DNA of 64,000 nucleotides from Vicugna vicugna (lineage: Eukaryota): the NCBI GenBank assembly GCA_013265495.1, contig MU058198.1:6649779-6713778 (forward strand), given 5' to 3'. The notes beneath the pieces were generated by a model that worked only from the letters and a program-made list of their open reading frames with translations, ran no database searches and had not been told where the DNA came from. The translations under genes and the position numbers were made by a program. Below are positions 43,100 to 59,170 of the stretch, in pieces; the first letter of the stretch is position 1, and each line of letters begins with the position of its first letter.

Positions 43100-43639
43100 T
43101 TATTATATACTTCCCCGTGTGCTGTTCTTACCTTTCCCTGTGAGAGGTCTTAATAGCCTCTATAATAGATGAGGAAACCAAAGCTCAGAAAAAGGTTCAT
43201 AACTCCAAGTCTACTGTTTTCCCCACTACACAGTCCTTGTCCCCAGGGACTGGCTGGACCGGCCGCAGTCACCGCCTCACACTGCCCCAGCTTTCAGGGG
43301 AGCTAGGCCTACGGAACTTAGAGACCTTGCCTCATGCATCTTGAGGTCCATCTCTGAGGAGGGAGGGTGGATGGATGATGGAGTGAAAGAGTTAACTGTC
43401 TTGAAAGTTGACCCCAGGGACCAGCACCCAAGTACTGTGTGAAGGAGGCTTGGAATGGCCGCAGCCCACTTCTTTGGTGCCCCTTCAGTCTAGGGCCCAG
43501 AAGCAGCAGCACCAGGTGAGGACAGACTGTGGACTGGGTCTGGGCAAGTCTTTGCTGGCCACAAACTAAATAAAACATAACAGGGAGTTGGGGCCTTGGC
43601 TTTTTCACCTCCCTCTTCTCAAGCGTGCCCTAAAGGCTG

Positions 43640-43870
43640 GTTAGCCTGGTAGTTAAGGCCATAGGTTATGGAGTCAGACTTAGGATGAAATTCCATCTCT
43701 GTCCACCTATTAGCTGTGTGGTCTTGAACAAATTATATGTCCTCTCTGAGCTTCAGTTTTCATATCTATGAAACAGAGCTAATGATCCCTAACCCCTAGA
43801 ACTGTTGGGAGAATTAAATGGAACATGTTTGTGCCTGACACAAAGTAAACACACAATACATGACTGCCCT
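43640..43870. repeat. MIR
   Basis: GGAGTCAGACTTAGG..TTAGCTGTGTGGTCTTGAACAAATT..CTCTCTGAGCTTCAGTTTTCATATCTATGAAA core. Confidence 0.7.
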
Positions 43871-44399
43871 ATTAACTATCTTTATGGGTTCCAATTTTCT
43901 AAGAGAAATTAGTGAAAGGAAGAGCCTCCCCAAGGTCTTACAACTAGCAGGTCGCAGAGATGGGCATGGAATTTACAACCCATGGCTCTTCGGTCTGTGT
44001 TCCTCCCACATATTATATTTAAGATGACTGGCACCAAGACTGGGGAGAGGGCAGTTCAGGTAAATCTCCCCAAATCTCAGATTTCCTGCTCAGACCCACA
44101 GTCAGCAAACCCCTCTCCTTCCTCCTTGGTCTAGGCCCTACACACTCAGATGGCTCCAACCATGGGGATAATTCCAAACTAACGAGAAGAAGCCAGGAGA
44201 TGCAAGAGTCATGGGGCACAAGGGAACCGAGCCAAGAGGTGCAGACACAGCAGACAGACCAATCTCTAGGCAGAGGCCACCTCAGCTCACACGGGCCCAC
44301 CCAACCCTCTGCACCACAGGCCGACCCAGCCCCCTTCAGGCCCGCTGACCCTGTGACTCCTGAGCTGGTGACTCAGTTTCTCTTCTGCCAAGCGGGAAT

Positions 44400-45330
44400 C
44401 AGACACATTTTCCCAGTGCACCTGCCTCTTGGCTCAGTTCTGCTATTTCCCGAAGGGCGGGTGGTGGAGGGTGCAGGCTCCGCTCCTGGCTCGGACCCTC
44501 CGGGACCGGTGGTCAATCCACTACGACCCGACCCTCCTCCCTGGACACCCTCTACCCGCCCATTCCCCGGGGCCGCAGCCTCCAGGGAAGCAGCCCTGTC
44601 TGCTGCACTCTCCGGGGCCGGGCACCCCTCCTGTCTCTAGCCCCCCACGTCCGCCCCCACCCAGGGATCCCCGCAGGCGCCGGGGCCGGGTCGCTGAGAG
44701 GGAAGAGGGACTTGAAGAGGGGGGTTCCGGTTCCGGTCCCACCTGCATCTCGGTCCCCGCGGTTAGCTCCGGCGGCGGCGGCAGCTCCCGCTCCCTGCCC
44801 CACCCCCCACCCCGCGACTAGCTCCCAGCCCGGTTCTGCGCAGGCGCCGGGACCCCTATTTTCCCGTCACCGAAGGAAGCGACCATAGAGAAGAGCGGGG
44901 AGAGGGAAGGGCACCTTCACACTCACTTCCGCCATCCTCCCACTCCGTGCAACCCTTCCAGAGCTAAGAGAGCGTGACTCTCGGAGGGCTCAGTGACTTC
45001 TCCAGTTGCACCTAAAAGGAACTGCAGAAGCAGCCGTAGGAGAGAGTTGGGTCCCGCTAAAGCGCCCTCCAAGAGGAAATCTGGGACAAAGGGGAGCGGT
45101 CTACCATAGAGAAGGCGCCTTAGGGGAATAGAGTCTCAAGGCCCTGATGGAGGCTAGAGGAGCCACCGGTACCGGAAATCAGCGAGATAAGGCTTTTTGA
45201 AGGGCCCGCAGCAGCCTAGAGCGCCTGGCCGGGCTGAAGAGGGGTTCGCGGACGCCGCCCCCAAGGAGCTGGAGGAGGGAAGATGCGGGTGACCTTGGTG
45301 AGGCCCTGTGAGGAGGCGGAGCCTGAACTT
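44400..45330 (-). promoter_or_regulatory. SH2B1 CpG-island promoter with candidate first exons (donors at 44742 and 44926)
   Basis: CpG-rich region with NRF1-like TGCGCAGGCGC (44837-44847), YY1/ETS-like ATGGCGGAAGT (44925-44935, minus), and donors CAG|GTGGGA and GAA|GTGAGT. Confidence 0.75.
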
Positions 45331-46317
45331 ACGACCTTGGCTTCTCTGAGGAAAGTACTGGAGGTTCTAGGAGGTTCCATTTCAGAGCTGGGAAATAAAG
45401 GGGGAGGGGGGACAGGAATAATGGGGTCAGTTTTGGACGTGCTTATGGGACGTCAGGAGGCAGGTGGACATAGTCTGGAGCTCAGAAGAGACATTAAGGC
45501 CCCATATACAAATTAGGAATCATTGAGGTATGGAGGGTAGTTGAAATCATGAGCAAGATGAGCTCCTCATCAGTCAGGTCTCTCATTGACCAGCTCCAGC
45601 TGACCTAAGTAATAAGGGAATCTTTTGGCCCCAGACGTTGAAAAGAATGGATCGAGTGTCTTCAGGTGCAGCTGAATAAAAGGGCCAAAAGATATCAGAA
45701 CCTTGTCGTTCACCTCTAGGCTCTGCTTTCCCCGTGCCTTTGGCCTCACTCTCGGGCAGGGCGCTCCTCTCTTAGTGGCAAAATGGATTTCCACAGCTCC
45801 AAACTTAAATCGTAATAGGTTAGCAACTCTGTACAAGGAACATGTCTTTTTTTCCCCCTGAGATTTGCAATAAAATTTCCAGAACTGACTAATTGGCTTG
45901 TATCACGTTCTTGTACTGAAACACAAAGGCACATGACCCACGAGACTGGAGATGGATAAATGCCCTGACTCACACAAGAATGTTCAAAGTTGAGGCTGCT
46001 GGATGGAGTTGGAAAAATTCATTGTGGAAGGGCAAGCCAGCCTTAGTCGCCATCTCTACCCTAGCTCTAACTAAATTTACATTGGCTCATAGATGGCCTT
46101 TGTTAAGGTCTTCTTCACCATCTTTGTCCATCCATCTTCCCAGTTCAGAGGAAGATGTTAATGGAAAAGAGTAGTTGTGTGTTCACCTCCCTCCTCCTTG
46201 ATACCCGTATAAACCCTTTCTCTGTAGTTTGCCCATCGTTGTCCAGGAGTGAGACAAGTTGAGGAATACAGAAAGGCAAGGGGCTGGTGATGATGAATTA
46301 TGCTTGGAAATGTTATG

Positions 46318-46530
46318 TCTGAGCTGTCCAGTAAAACTTCTGCAATGACTGAAATGTTTTATATTGCCATTGCCCAGTATGATAGCCACTAGCCACATGT
46401 GGCTGTTGAACACTTGAACTGTGGTTAGTGTAATAAGGAACTGAAGTTTTCATTTTAATTAATTGAAATTAAAATAGCCACATGTGCCTAATGACTACTA
46501 TAGTAGTGCAGGAGGTATCTGTGGACAGCT
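46318..46530. mobile_element. MER3-like hAT DNA transposon fossil
   Basis: CTGTCC...GGACAG inverted termini and internal TAGCCACTAGCCACATGTGGCT. Confidence 0.8.
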
Positions 46531-47904
46531 AGGTGGAGCTGTCCAGCAGAGATGGATCTACTGTCTCACCTGCATGAAGCAGTGTGGTTGAGATCAGACA
46601 TGAATAGTGGTTAAAGCCATGGACATGAATGAGATTGTCCAGGTAACACATGTAGAGAGAAGAAGGCCTAGGCTCTGAATCTGGGGAATGAGCCACTTTT
46701 AACAGGCAGGCAAAGAAAGAGGAGCAGAAACCCAGAAGCACACCCTTAGATGAGAATTTGTGTGCAAGTGATTTATTTATTTAAAAAGTGCTACCAGAAG
46801 AAACCAGTAAAGGAGTGGGAGAAGCAGGAGAGGAAACCAAACAAACGTGATCTCAGGAAGAGAGTAATTCAGCTTGATTCTTCAGGGGAGCTCCAGGTAT
46901 AAGTTGTACCTCAGATTTGTCCAGAAACAAGGGAGGTGGGCCTTTCATATACCAACATCCCTCAGCTGTAGACTAGGGCTGCCCCTAGGAGATGTGAATT
47001 CTCAGGCAAAGGCTCCAGTAGCCTGAGGACATTCCTCCAAAATTTTTTTTGAGGGGAAGTTCTAACTGGAAGAAAAACCACACACCAAAGACCAGGGAGT
47101 ATGTGTGGGTGGGTGGGGAGGGGTGTAGTTTGGGCAAACACTTAACACACAAATGGTAAAAAGGGACCCATGGTACTATGCACTGCCATTGTCTTCTGTA
47201 GAAAACATCTATGACTTAGATTGCTTAGCGACTTTGTTGAGAGTAATTTGAGGGAAGTGATGGAAGCAGAAGCCAATGGTAGCAGACAGAGGAATGAAGG
47301 AAGGTGAAGAAGTGGGAGGAGGAATGCAGAGGGCTGTCCTACACAGTTTGGCCAAAAAGGGAAGGAGAGAGATATGGAGGGTTGTAGTTTTAGAGGGTGG
47401 AAAGGTTTGCTTGTTTGTTTATATCCTGAGGGAAACCTGATTATGTCTAAAGCCTAAGGGGAAAGGAGCCAGTAGAAAGGATGGAATTGAAGGAGTGAGG
47501 CTTGGGGAAAGTAGGAAGGATGAGATCGGGAGCCCAGGTTAAGTCAAGGTATTGCTATGAAAGGAAGAAACATTTCTTCCTCCCCACGAACAAGGGATGT
47601 AATACTCTGGATGCTTTCAGTTACAGGTAATCAGCCCACCCCACCCCACTCCATTTAAGGTAGTTTAAACATGAAAAGAGGGGGAGTTATGGTTCATTCA
47701 CAGAATTTAAAAATCAGAGGTAGAGTGACTTTAGGCATAGTTGGAGCCAGAGGCTCAAACAGTGTCCATTTGAACTTGGAGCAAAGCTTACATTCTACCA
47801 GCTTCATAATCCTAGTGGAAAAAAGATCACAGCTTTCCCAATAATTCCAGCAAGTGCAATAGTGGTGCGTCTCATCAGCTCAGCTTGGGTCACCCAAAGC
47901 CTAT

Positions 47905-48630
47905 CTGTTGTATAATAAGGAATTTGTCTGGCCTTTATCTCAGGTTCTTGGCATAGCACTTTTAAAATACTTGGCATTTCCCAGGTGACAGAAGTGTCTG
48001 TTATTCATGAGCCCCTTAGATCACACCTGAGCTTTTGCTAATGAGGTGACTAATGCAAGCCCCTACGTAGCTTCTGGTTGGGGGCTGCTCACCAGAAAGA
48101 CCAACTTTGTGATTAGAAGGTTGGGATTTTGAGCCAGTTTGATCTTCAGGGAGGGGAAGGGGCTTGGAGATTAAGTTCAGTCACCTGGTGATGATTTATT
48201 TAACCAATCATGCCTAAGTCATGAAACCCCAATAAAAACTCTGGACACTGAAGCTCAGTAGGGCTTCCTAGTTGGTGAATACACTGATGTGCCAGGAGGA
48301 TGATGTATCCTGATTCTATGTGGACCCTCCCAGACCTCACCCTATATATCTCTTAATTTGGCTATTCCTGACTTGTATCTTTTATTAGAAAATATAACCA
48401 TACTCATAAGTACAGTGCTTCATGCATTCTGAGTTGTTTGAGCAAATTATCAAACCTGAGGGAGATCTTGGGAGACTTCCAGATCTGTAGGCAGTTGACC
48501 AGAAGGATGGATGGGGGACTGCACCTGCAGCTGGCATCTGAAGTGGGGGCAGTCTTGTGGAGGAATGAGCCCTTAACTCTGGGCAGTTAGTGCCAGAAGT
48601 GAACTTCAGTACACCAGGGGGCGTTGAAAG
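47905..48630 (+). mobile_element. MER21-like solo LTR nested inside an MLT1-like LTR (~47605-47900 and ~48640-48830)
   Basis: TGTTG start; CACACCTGAGCTTTTGCTAATGAGGTGACT, CCAATCA and AATAAAAACTCTGGACACTGAAGCTC resemble the recalled MER21 consensus. The flanks read as two halves of one MLT1 element. Confidence 0.6.
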
Positions 48631-51600
48631 ACTGCTAACCCTGAATGGACAGTTGTGACCATGATTGATAGATTATGCTGACTGATAAACATTAGATCGC
48701 GGACCCATCATCCGAGATTGTAATGGGCTCAGCTCCAACCAAACTCCGTAGGCTGAGCACTGCAGAGGGTGGCTCTTCAAAGGAAAACCGGAGTCTCTGA
48801 CTGAAGGGGAAGTGGTTGTTTGTGGGATTCTTCTAGAGGTCATCTTGACCCTCCCCGACCCCAGGAGATGGGGATTTCTCCTATTTTGTCCTATTTTCTG
48901 GGATGTCTAATTCAGCCTTGGTGCTTTGGCCAGAACCTCCTGCCCCTCTGGATCATGCTTTGCTCCATCAGAACATTTTGACAGCTGAAATTCTCCACCT
49001 TCATTTAGGCTCTGCCTTTAATATGACACACATCATTTCCCCCACTTCTGTCAATCTTCCTTCCTCTGGTTTCAGGCTTCAATGTGTAGCCTCTTCTAGG
49101 AAGCCATGCATGGCCAACCCACCTCAGCTGCCTCTCAAGTGCCTTTTGCTGAGTAGCTTTTGTCTGACATTCACAAAGTATTTTCAAGTGAAATGTCTCC
49201 AGCCACATTTGAGTGATGTGAATGTGATCAGAGTTCTGTGTTTGTACGGGCAGCCAGGGCCAGTATGAGCTAGGTGATAGGGGGACTGGACACAGAGAGG
49301 AAACTGGTGCAGTGGTCCAGGAGAGGACTGATGCTGTCCTGGCCAAGGCAGTGCACTAGGGTTAGTACCAAGGAGGATGTCTAGAGAGATTTCTGTGGAA
49401 GCATTGCCAGGCTGGCTGGTGGGGAAAAGAGTGAAGGATGCCCTTGAGCTTCAGATAAGTCTCTTGAGTAGCACTGAGGACAGAGCTCCCCAGTTTGCCA
49501 CTAAGCTGTGGGTCAGCCCAGAATCATTTCAGTTACAGCAGACTCCACCTCCTTTTTAGAAGCTAGAGCTACAAAAAAATCTTAGAGACCATAAAGTTTA
49601 ACCTCTTCACTCATCCCCATTTTATAGATAATAAAGCAGAGGCCCCCAAAGTTACTCACTTTTATTTTTAAAATGAATGTAAATACAAAATTTGCTTTCC
49701 ATTGAAAACATCAGTAAATTTAGCCCAATACAATGCTTAACTGAATGCTCAATTGAAATGATTCAACAGATCCTTCCTTCAACAAATACTTCTTCGCCTA
49801 AGTGGTAGGTATTGCTCCTAGAGTAAAAAATAAGTGCTTGCTCTTATGAACTTACTGTCAGACAGAAAAAAATAAAAACCCAACAAACAAGCAAAGTACT
49901 AAGATAATTTTGAATATTTAGATGCTATGAAGAAAAGCAAAGAGGACATTAAGAAGAGGGTGACATCTGAGGTGAGAGCTCAGAGATGAGAAGCACCAGG
50001 CTGTGGGGAAAGCATCAGGGACGTGTTTCAGGGAGAGGGAAGAAAACTTGCAAGACCCTGAGTCAGAAGCAATCATAGGATATTTGTGGATGGCCAGTGT
50101 GACTGGGAGAGAGTGAGGAAAATTGTACTAGATAGGGGTCAAGGAGGTGGACAAGAGCCAGATCATGCACCTTGTGGGCCACAGGGAGGAATTTGGATTA
50201 TTTTTTAAATAATAGGTGTATTGAGATGTAATTCACTTGCCATTTAATTCACTCTCTTACCAATTATTAGCTCCAAGAAATCACACACTTAACTCTAAAC
50301 AAATCCCCTGGCAAAGAGAGTAGGACCACGAGAAGTGGACAAGTCCTGTTAGGATTTATTCCCGGGGCTGGGGAAAGGGCCATCTGAACAAAATCAGGGC
50401 CCTGACTACAGGAAGATGGAAAAATGGTTGTTAAGCAGGAGCTCAAAGTGTCTGTCCTACAGCAGAGTGAACAGACTGCTGGGGAGACCCAAAAGGTCAT
50501 TTGATTTCAAGAGTATCTTTTTTAAAGAGTTCAAGATTCTGCACAAAGAACTTTTCTTTCTTTAACTATAATCACATAAAAGAAATGCTTGAGAGAAAAA
50601 TCTCTCCTTCTCCAAGCAAATTACGGCCTCCTAAAGTCACATTTGTTTTTGGCTTTGTGCCCACTCTCCACTCCTCACTCCCAACTTGCAAATTTTTTTT
50701 TATAGTAGCCAAACTTCCTTCATTTAACACTGCTCACAAGCATTTTCATGGGTGGTTGGCTCTTGTCTCTGCAATCCTGAGCCCACTCCATTCATATTTC
50801 ATCTAGTGGCTATGCCAAAATTAACACTACCACATCCACACAGTGGACATTTGTCTTCATTCTGCTCTTTCACTGTGATGTTCACAGCCATGGCTGGACA
50901 TTGGGGAAAATTCTCAGTCTTGCTCTAACATCAAAGTTAGAATAAATCGCTCAGCCTCCTCTGATACAAGAACACTGAAAATTGACAGTCTAAGTTTCCA
51001 CAACCAGATGCATCCATGTTAGGCTTTGAATTTGCCTGGCTTTGGAGGTGCAGGGGAGAGATGGTCACTTTCTTGATGCAAAAGTGTCTTTAGAGCCATG
51101 AGCAGTCGCTGTTACAGACAATTCTAAGTTCTGGCATTTAGTGTTTGGTGGCAGTGGCGGTAGTAGCAGTTTTCTTATCAGGTCAGATCAGTTCTCTGGC
51201 TTGGGAGCCATTTCTCCATCCTGCCACACAATTCTATAAGCTGCCTACCACCCATAAACAAACCCCTCTCTGCTCGAATCAGCCAATGTAAATTCTGTTA
51301 TCTATAAATCAAGACTCCTGACTGTTACAGAGGATGCCACCTACAATCAACAGCACTACAAAAAAATTCCCTCCCTTTGGACTCTTTTTCCGAGCACTGT
51401 GTTTTACAAATTTCAGTCATTCATGTACAGTTCTCTCAAAATTTGCCATATATTCATACCACTCATGATATTATATACCAAGTATTGTTTTTAAAATTGA
51501 TTCATTTTTTAAACTATTTACTATGCCAGTCTTTTTTTCAAACAAATACACACTAAAAAAAATATAGCACCACTAAAATAGAAAGCATTTGTTCAAGCAC

Positions 51601-52699
51601 CACTCCCCCAAATCTCACATCCTGGTAGTGGCCAATAGTGTCTTAGGATAAATTCCCAGGAGTGGAGTGATGAGCTTAAGGCTAGGGAAAGAACCCTTTT
51701 GTACTGTACCATCCCCTCCTAAGCAGAGCTGATGGGTTTGGAAAGCCAGGACAGAACTCTTAGCATGTTTCTCATTGTAAAATGACAGTTAAACTATAGT
51801 ACAAGGCATTAGCTAAGTGTACACTTCTTTGGAGTTTGGCTGAGTTGGGTTCCTTAATCACCTTGATGCTCAGTTTTCTCACAGGTAAAATGGGGGAAAT
51901 AATGTGGCTCTTATCATACAGGGTAACATTGAGAGCACTGAATGTGAACCAATGTGAAGCATTTGGACAATGCCTGATCCACAGAAAGCTTTAGTTTTGA
52001 GTTTCCCAAACTTCTCTGATCTTAAGAAGGGTGTATGTGTGTGTTATAAATAAATATAGTTTCCTTGTCTGTGCCCAGGAACTACTGAATCATAATCTCC
52101 AAGGGAGGAATTAAGGAATCTATTTGAAACAGACACCGTCAATTGAGTCTAAGGATCTGATGAGTTTCGGAACCATTAATCAAGGTTAAGCAGCTGCTAT
52201 TATCATCCCAGGGTGATGAGATGATGGATGTGAAAGTTAAAGGTCATTTACTATCCCTGCAGTCATTCATTCAGTTGACATTTATTGAGCGCTGAGTGCC
52301 CCGCCCTGTGGTAGGTGCCGGGGAAACAGCGGAAGAAGAGACTCAGACTGCCCTTAAAGGCACCGGAGTCTGGTCCCTCACCTGGGTCACCTGTAAAACT
52401 GAGTGGGCGGATCGGACGACCATCAAGGGAATTACGTCCTGGGCTGCTGAGGAGTTACGGGGTGGACGGCAAAACTTTGTCCCCGCAGGCTGTGAGCCAG
52501 GAGGGCGGGTATTTGAGGGCCGAAGACTGTGGGACCTGGAGGCTTCTGTACCCTGTTCCTGTCTCCTGCCCAGCTCGTTTCCTCTCAGAGCCAGAAATCA
52601 GGATCTCCCTATGAAGCAGATACCACTATTTCCATTTTACAGAGAAGAAAACAAAGGCTCAGCGGAGAGATGGGTCACACTAGAGCCCCACCCCCGAAA

Positions 52700-53302
52700 G
52701 GTTCCCAGGAGTCGTGCTTAGTCTGGCTGCGGGCCTGGTCCTACCTCCAGCTGCGACCAGCGGCCGCCAGATCTGTCGCCAGATCCGCTCAGTGGGTCGG
52801 ACTCCAGGGAGTTCGGGGCTAGAACGCTCCTGAGCGGTCCACGTCGGGGCCGCCGCCACTGCCTCTAGGAGGCCGGGACGGTCCCTCCGGACCGGGCCTC
52901 ACCCTCTCTAACTCCCAAACTAAGTGCCCACACAGCCTGCTGCCCTGGGAACTACAACGCCCATGAGCCTCCGGGGCGCAAGTGAGCGACAGGACGCTTC
53001 ACATCGCCCCCCGGCGCCGCCAGAGAGAACTGCGTGGCCTCTCCGCCCGCGAGGCCCGAAGGCGTCGTGGAAAACCCCATCCTTACCCACCCCCGAGCCA
53101 TCAGCACTCCCTTGACGTCGTCCGGCCCGCGCCCGGAAGTTGACAGAGAGGGCCGTAGAAACTGGGGGCTAGACGCGCCCAGACTTGCCCTCTCGACTCT
53201 CACTTCCGCCGGAAGTGATATCTAGGAGCAATTGCCCTTTCTTACTGCACGCGTCGGCGCCAGTTCACGGTACCTACTATTCCGGGTGCCAGTACGACCA
53301 CA
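52700..53302 (+). promoter_or_regulatory. TUFM CpG-island promoter
   Basis: ACTACA-SBS (ZNF143-type) ACTACAACGCCCATGAGCCT (52951-52970), TGACGTC (53113-53119), CCGGAAGT (53133-53140) and the inverted ETS pair CACTTCCGcCGGAAGTG (53201-53217). Confidence 0.85.
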
Positions 53303-56537
<3,235 letters not shown>

Positions 56538-56702
56538 GTCTGGACTTCTGTTGGGGCTCTCTTGTGTTCAGGGCTGCGCTGGCCAGTGTTCTCTCCTGCT
56601 TCTGGTGCCCCCTTCCCAGGGCAGAGCCTGCAGCTGAGCCAAGTTGCAGCTAGACTGACACCCTGGCCAGAGAGCCACGTGGCCGGCCAGGTGAGGTAGG
56701 TC

Positions 56703-56708
56703 AATAAA
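56703..56708 (+). terminator. TUFM polyadenylation signal AATAAA
   Basis: About 165 nt after the stop and followed by GT-rich TGTGTCTTGTGTCCTTTGT. Confidence 0.8.
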
Positions 56709-58738
56709 CTCTTCTGTGAATAGGAAGCTAGCCTGTGTCTTGTGTCCTTTGTACACATTGGAGAGGATGGGGAATATAAAAAGGGAGATGAAATTCAGAA
56801 AAGATGAGCTTGGGAGAGATCCCTGAGCCATTTTAACTGAGTTCACCCCTCCAGCCTCAGGAGTTCATCTCTGTGGTACAGGGTGGAAAACAAGTCTTTC
56901 TAAAAATGTCAGCATGCTGTGACGACTTGAGAAAGGGAGAGAAGCTGAAGGATTGAAAGTTAAGTCTAGTGAGCTTTGCATGGTTGCCCAGCAGAATGCT
57001 ACATACGATAGGCTGCATGTTGGATATCTTACTGGGCGATTATTATAGCTTGGGCTCAGCTGAGGTGCTAAACCCACTTCGTTTTCTCTTTGAGTAGTTA
57101 CTAGGCTGTTACGTCTAGCTACCCTTGTTTAAGCTCAATGATAGGGACTGTATCTTACCTCTAGACCCAGCACGTAAAAGGTACTTGATAAATATACATC
57201 ACCTGTGTGCTTGATGGGCTATCACCACTGAAACAGCAATTCCAAACAGAAGTTGAGAAATTGTAGAATGAAGGTTTCATTTTCAACATTTACTGAGATT
57301 TACAATTAAAAGTGTTTATCAAATGTGAAGGGAGTAAAACGCTGAAATTTTTTTAAAATTTGAAATGACCAGACAGGATGCTGATCCCAAACGAAAAAGG
57401 TGACATTCAGCAGGGATTAATGGGCACCCGTCCGTGACAAACGAGTTTATTTAGGACAACCTACTCACACAAGCAGTTCAAAGGAGGCTCTTGGGCCCAA
57501 CCTGAGAGCTGTTTTGGGAAACAGCCTGACCTGTGACTCCAGAACAGAGGCAAACAAGCAGACTTGAGGGGAAGACACAAGAACTTCATGAAAAGTACTG
57601 TCCAATGATAGAGCGAGTTTACTTGTTTTACCCTCTTCAGTGTCCAAAGTGAGGCTGAAGGTTTTCACAGGGGGATTCCAGACTGGATGGAGGCTAAGTT
57701 CCCTCTCCCAACTGCTTTTCTGCTCGTAGGAATAAGTTAAAACCAATCTACAAGCCTCCTATAAACCATCAAAGGGCTTCTCAGTAACATCTCCAATCTC
57801 ATCTCTGTTATTGCAGAAACCTGCCTCCATCTGCACCACAAATGTCCTGAGCCCAATTGAAGGCCTTCCTGTTACTGCTGCTTCCATCATCACTGCCTCC
57901 CAACCCCAACTGACATCCCCTAAGACAGCTCTTGTCACTTGGGACCTCAAACCTGCCCGTCTTTTAACAGCCAATTAGCTGCTACAGATAATCCCTTTTC
58001 CACTTACCTCTGTACACCTCCCCTGCCTCCCCCAGCCCCATGCTCCCAAATGCCAGGTTTCAGATCCTCATCCCCTGGGAATTCTTCCCCAGTATCTACT
58101 CTCCATTCCTCCTGCCCTGATTGCAAACCAATTTTCTCTGGCTTTGGTCAGAGATGAAACACCCCTGCCTGTCACAAAACACCAGTCCAATCCTCACAAT
58201 CATCTACCTTTTTACAGACAAGAAACTGAGGCCAGGTCACATAGTATAAGAATTCCAAAGTGTCTCCTTGGGAAAAAAACCTTCTGAAACTTGTTTTCTC
58301 CCTCCCATACTTGGCTCTTCCTCATTTAGCTCCTGCTCCCATCATTGGGGCTCAACCCAGCCCTCCCCACTTTCAGTAGCAGCTTCACCTTCACAGCTCT
58401 CACTGATACCAAAGACCTCTCAGCTGTGCACCAGTCAGGCCCTTATTTCCAGTGGCCCAAAACACTACAGTATTTTTTAGTATAAAGAGATAAATACAAC
58501 TCATGAAATACTTACATTAGAACAATTCATGAAGTACTTACATTAGAAATAAAAAAAGATCTAGGCCAATTCTGAGCTGAAAAAGCAGCCACCTAGAGAC
58601 TGATGACCTGTGCAGCAGTTACAGTGCCAGAAAGGCATCTTTGGACCATGCTGCTACTCTGAATCTCCCATCTTGGGAACCACGTAAGACTCTATTCTCC
58701 AAAGAGGAAACTATAGGCAGGTTAAGTTAGTTTAAAAT

Positions 58739-58744
58739 TTTATT
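58739..58744 (-). terminator. ATXN2L polyadenylation signal
   Basis: TTTATT on + at the end of an AT-rich 3'UTR block. Confidence 0.7.
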
Positions 58745-58938
58745 TTTTTTAATTTTTTTAAATATTTTTATGTAATAAAAAGTAAAAGTCTTGTCCAACC
58801 ATTCTTGTGGGGCATCTGTCTGTGTCTCTCACGCAGGTCACTCAAGTTAATGGGGAAGAAAGAACAGAGGGCCCAAGTTTGAGGTTATAAATAATAGAAA
58901 ATAAAAGATCTTCCGTCTCCAGCGGGGGGGGGGGGGGA

Positions 58939-59068
58939 NNNNNNNNNNNNNNNNNNNNNNNNNNNNNNNNNNNNNNNNNNNNNNNNNNNNNNNNNNNNNN
59001 NNNNNNNNNNNNNNNNNNNNNNNNNNNNNNNNNNNNNNNNNNNNNNNNNNNNNNNNNNNNNNNNNNNN
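58939..59068. other. Assembly gap (130 N) in the ATXN2L 3'UTR
   Basis: Run of N flanked by G14 on the left and G-tracts on the right. Confidence 0.99.
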
Positions 59069-59170
59069 GGACGGGGTGGGGGACAGGGCTGGTCCCAGCT
59101 GCTGGGGGAAGAGACATAGATCACTCTTCCCTCCACTCATGGAGGTCTCAGGTCGCGGCCAGGACAATCT

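Larger units (their letters stand above)
45330..52300. repeat. Repeat-dense SH2B1-TUFM intergenic block (L2, MIR, LTR33-like ~46740-47180, MaLR pieces, MER5-like ~52000-52175)
   Basis: Several consensus-like motifs recognised by eye, low CpG, and no spliced coding signal. Sub-boundaries are approximate. Confidence 0.55.

Noticed and set aside
45570..52822. Scattered 60-140-aa ORFs between SH2B1 and TUFM
   Set aside because: They lie mostly within decayed repeats, with no splice-consistent gene model or recognisable protein similarity.
58842..59167. ORFs spanning the N run
   Set aside because: They are artefacts of the assembly gap in the ATXN2L 3'UTR.
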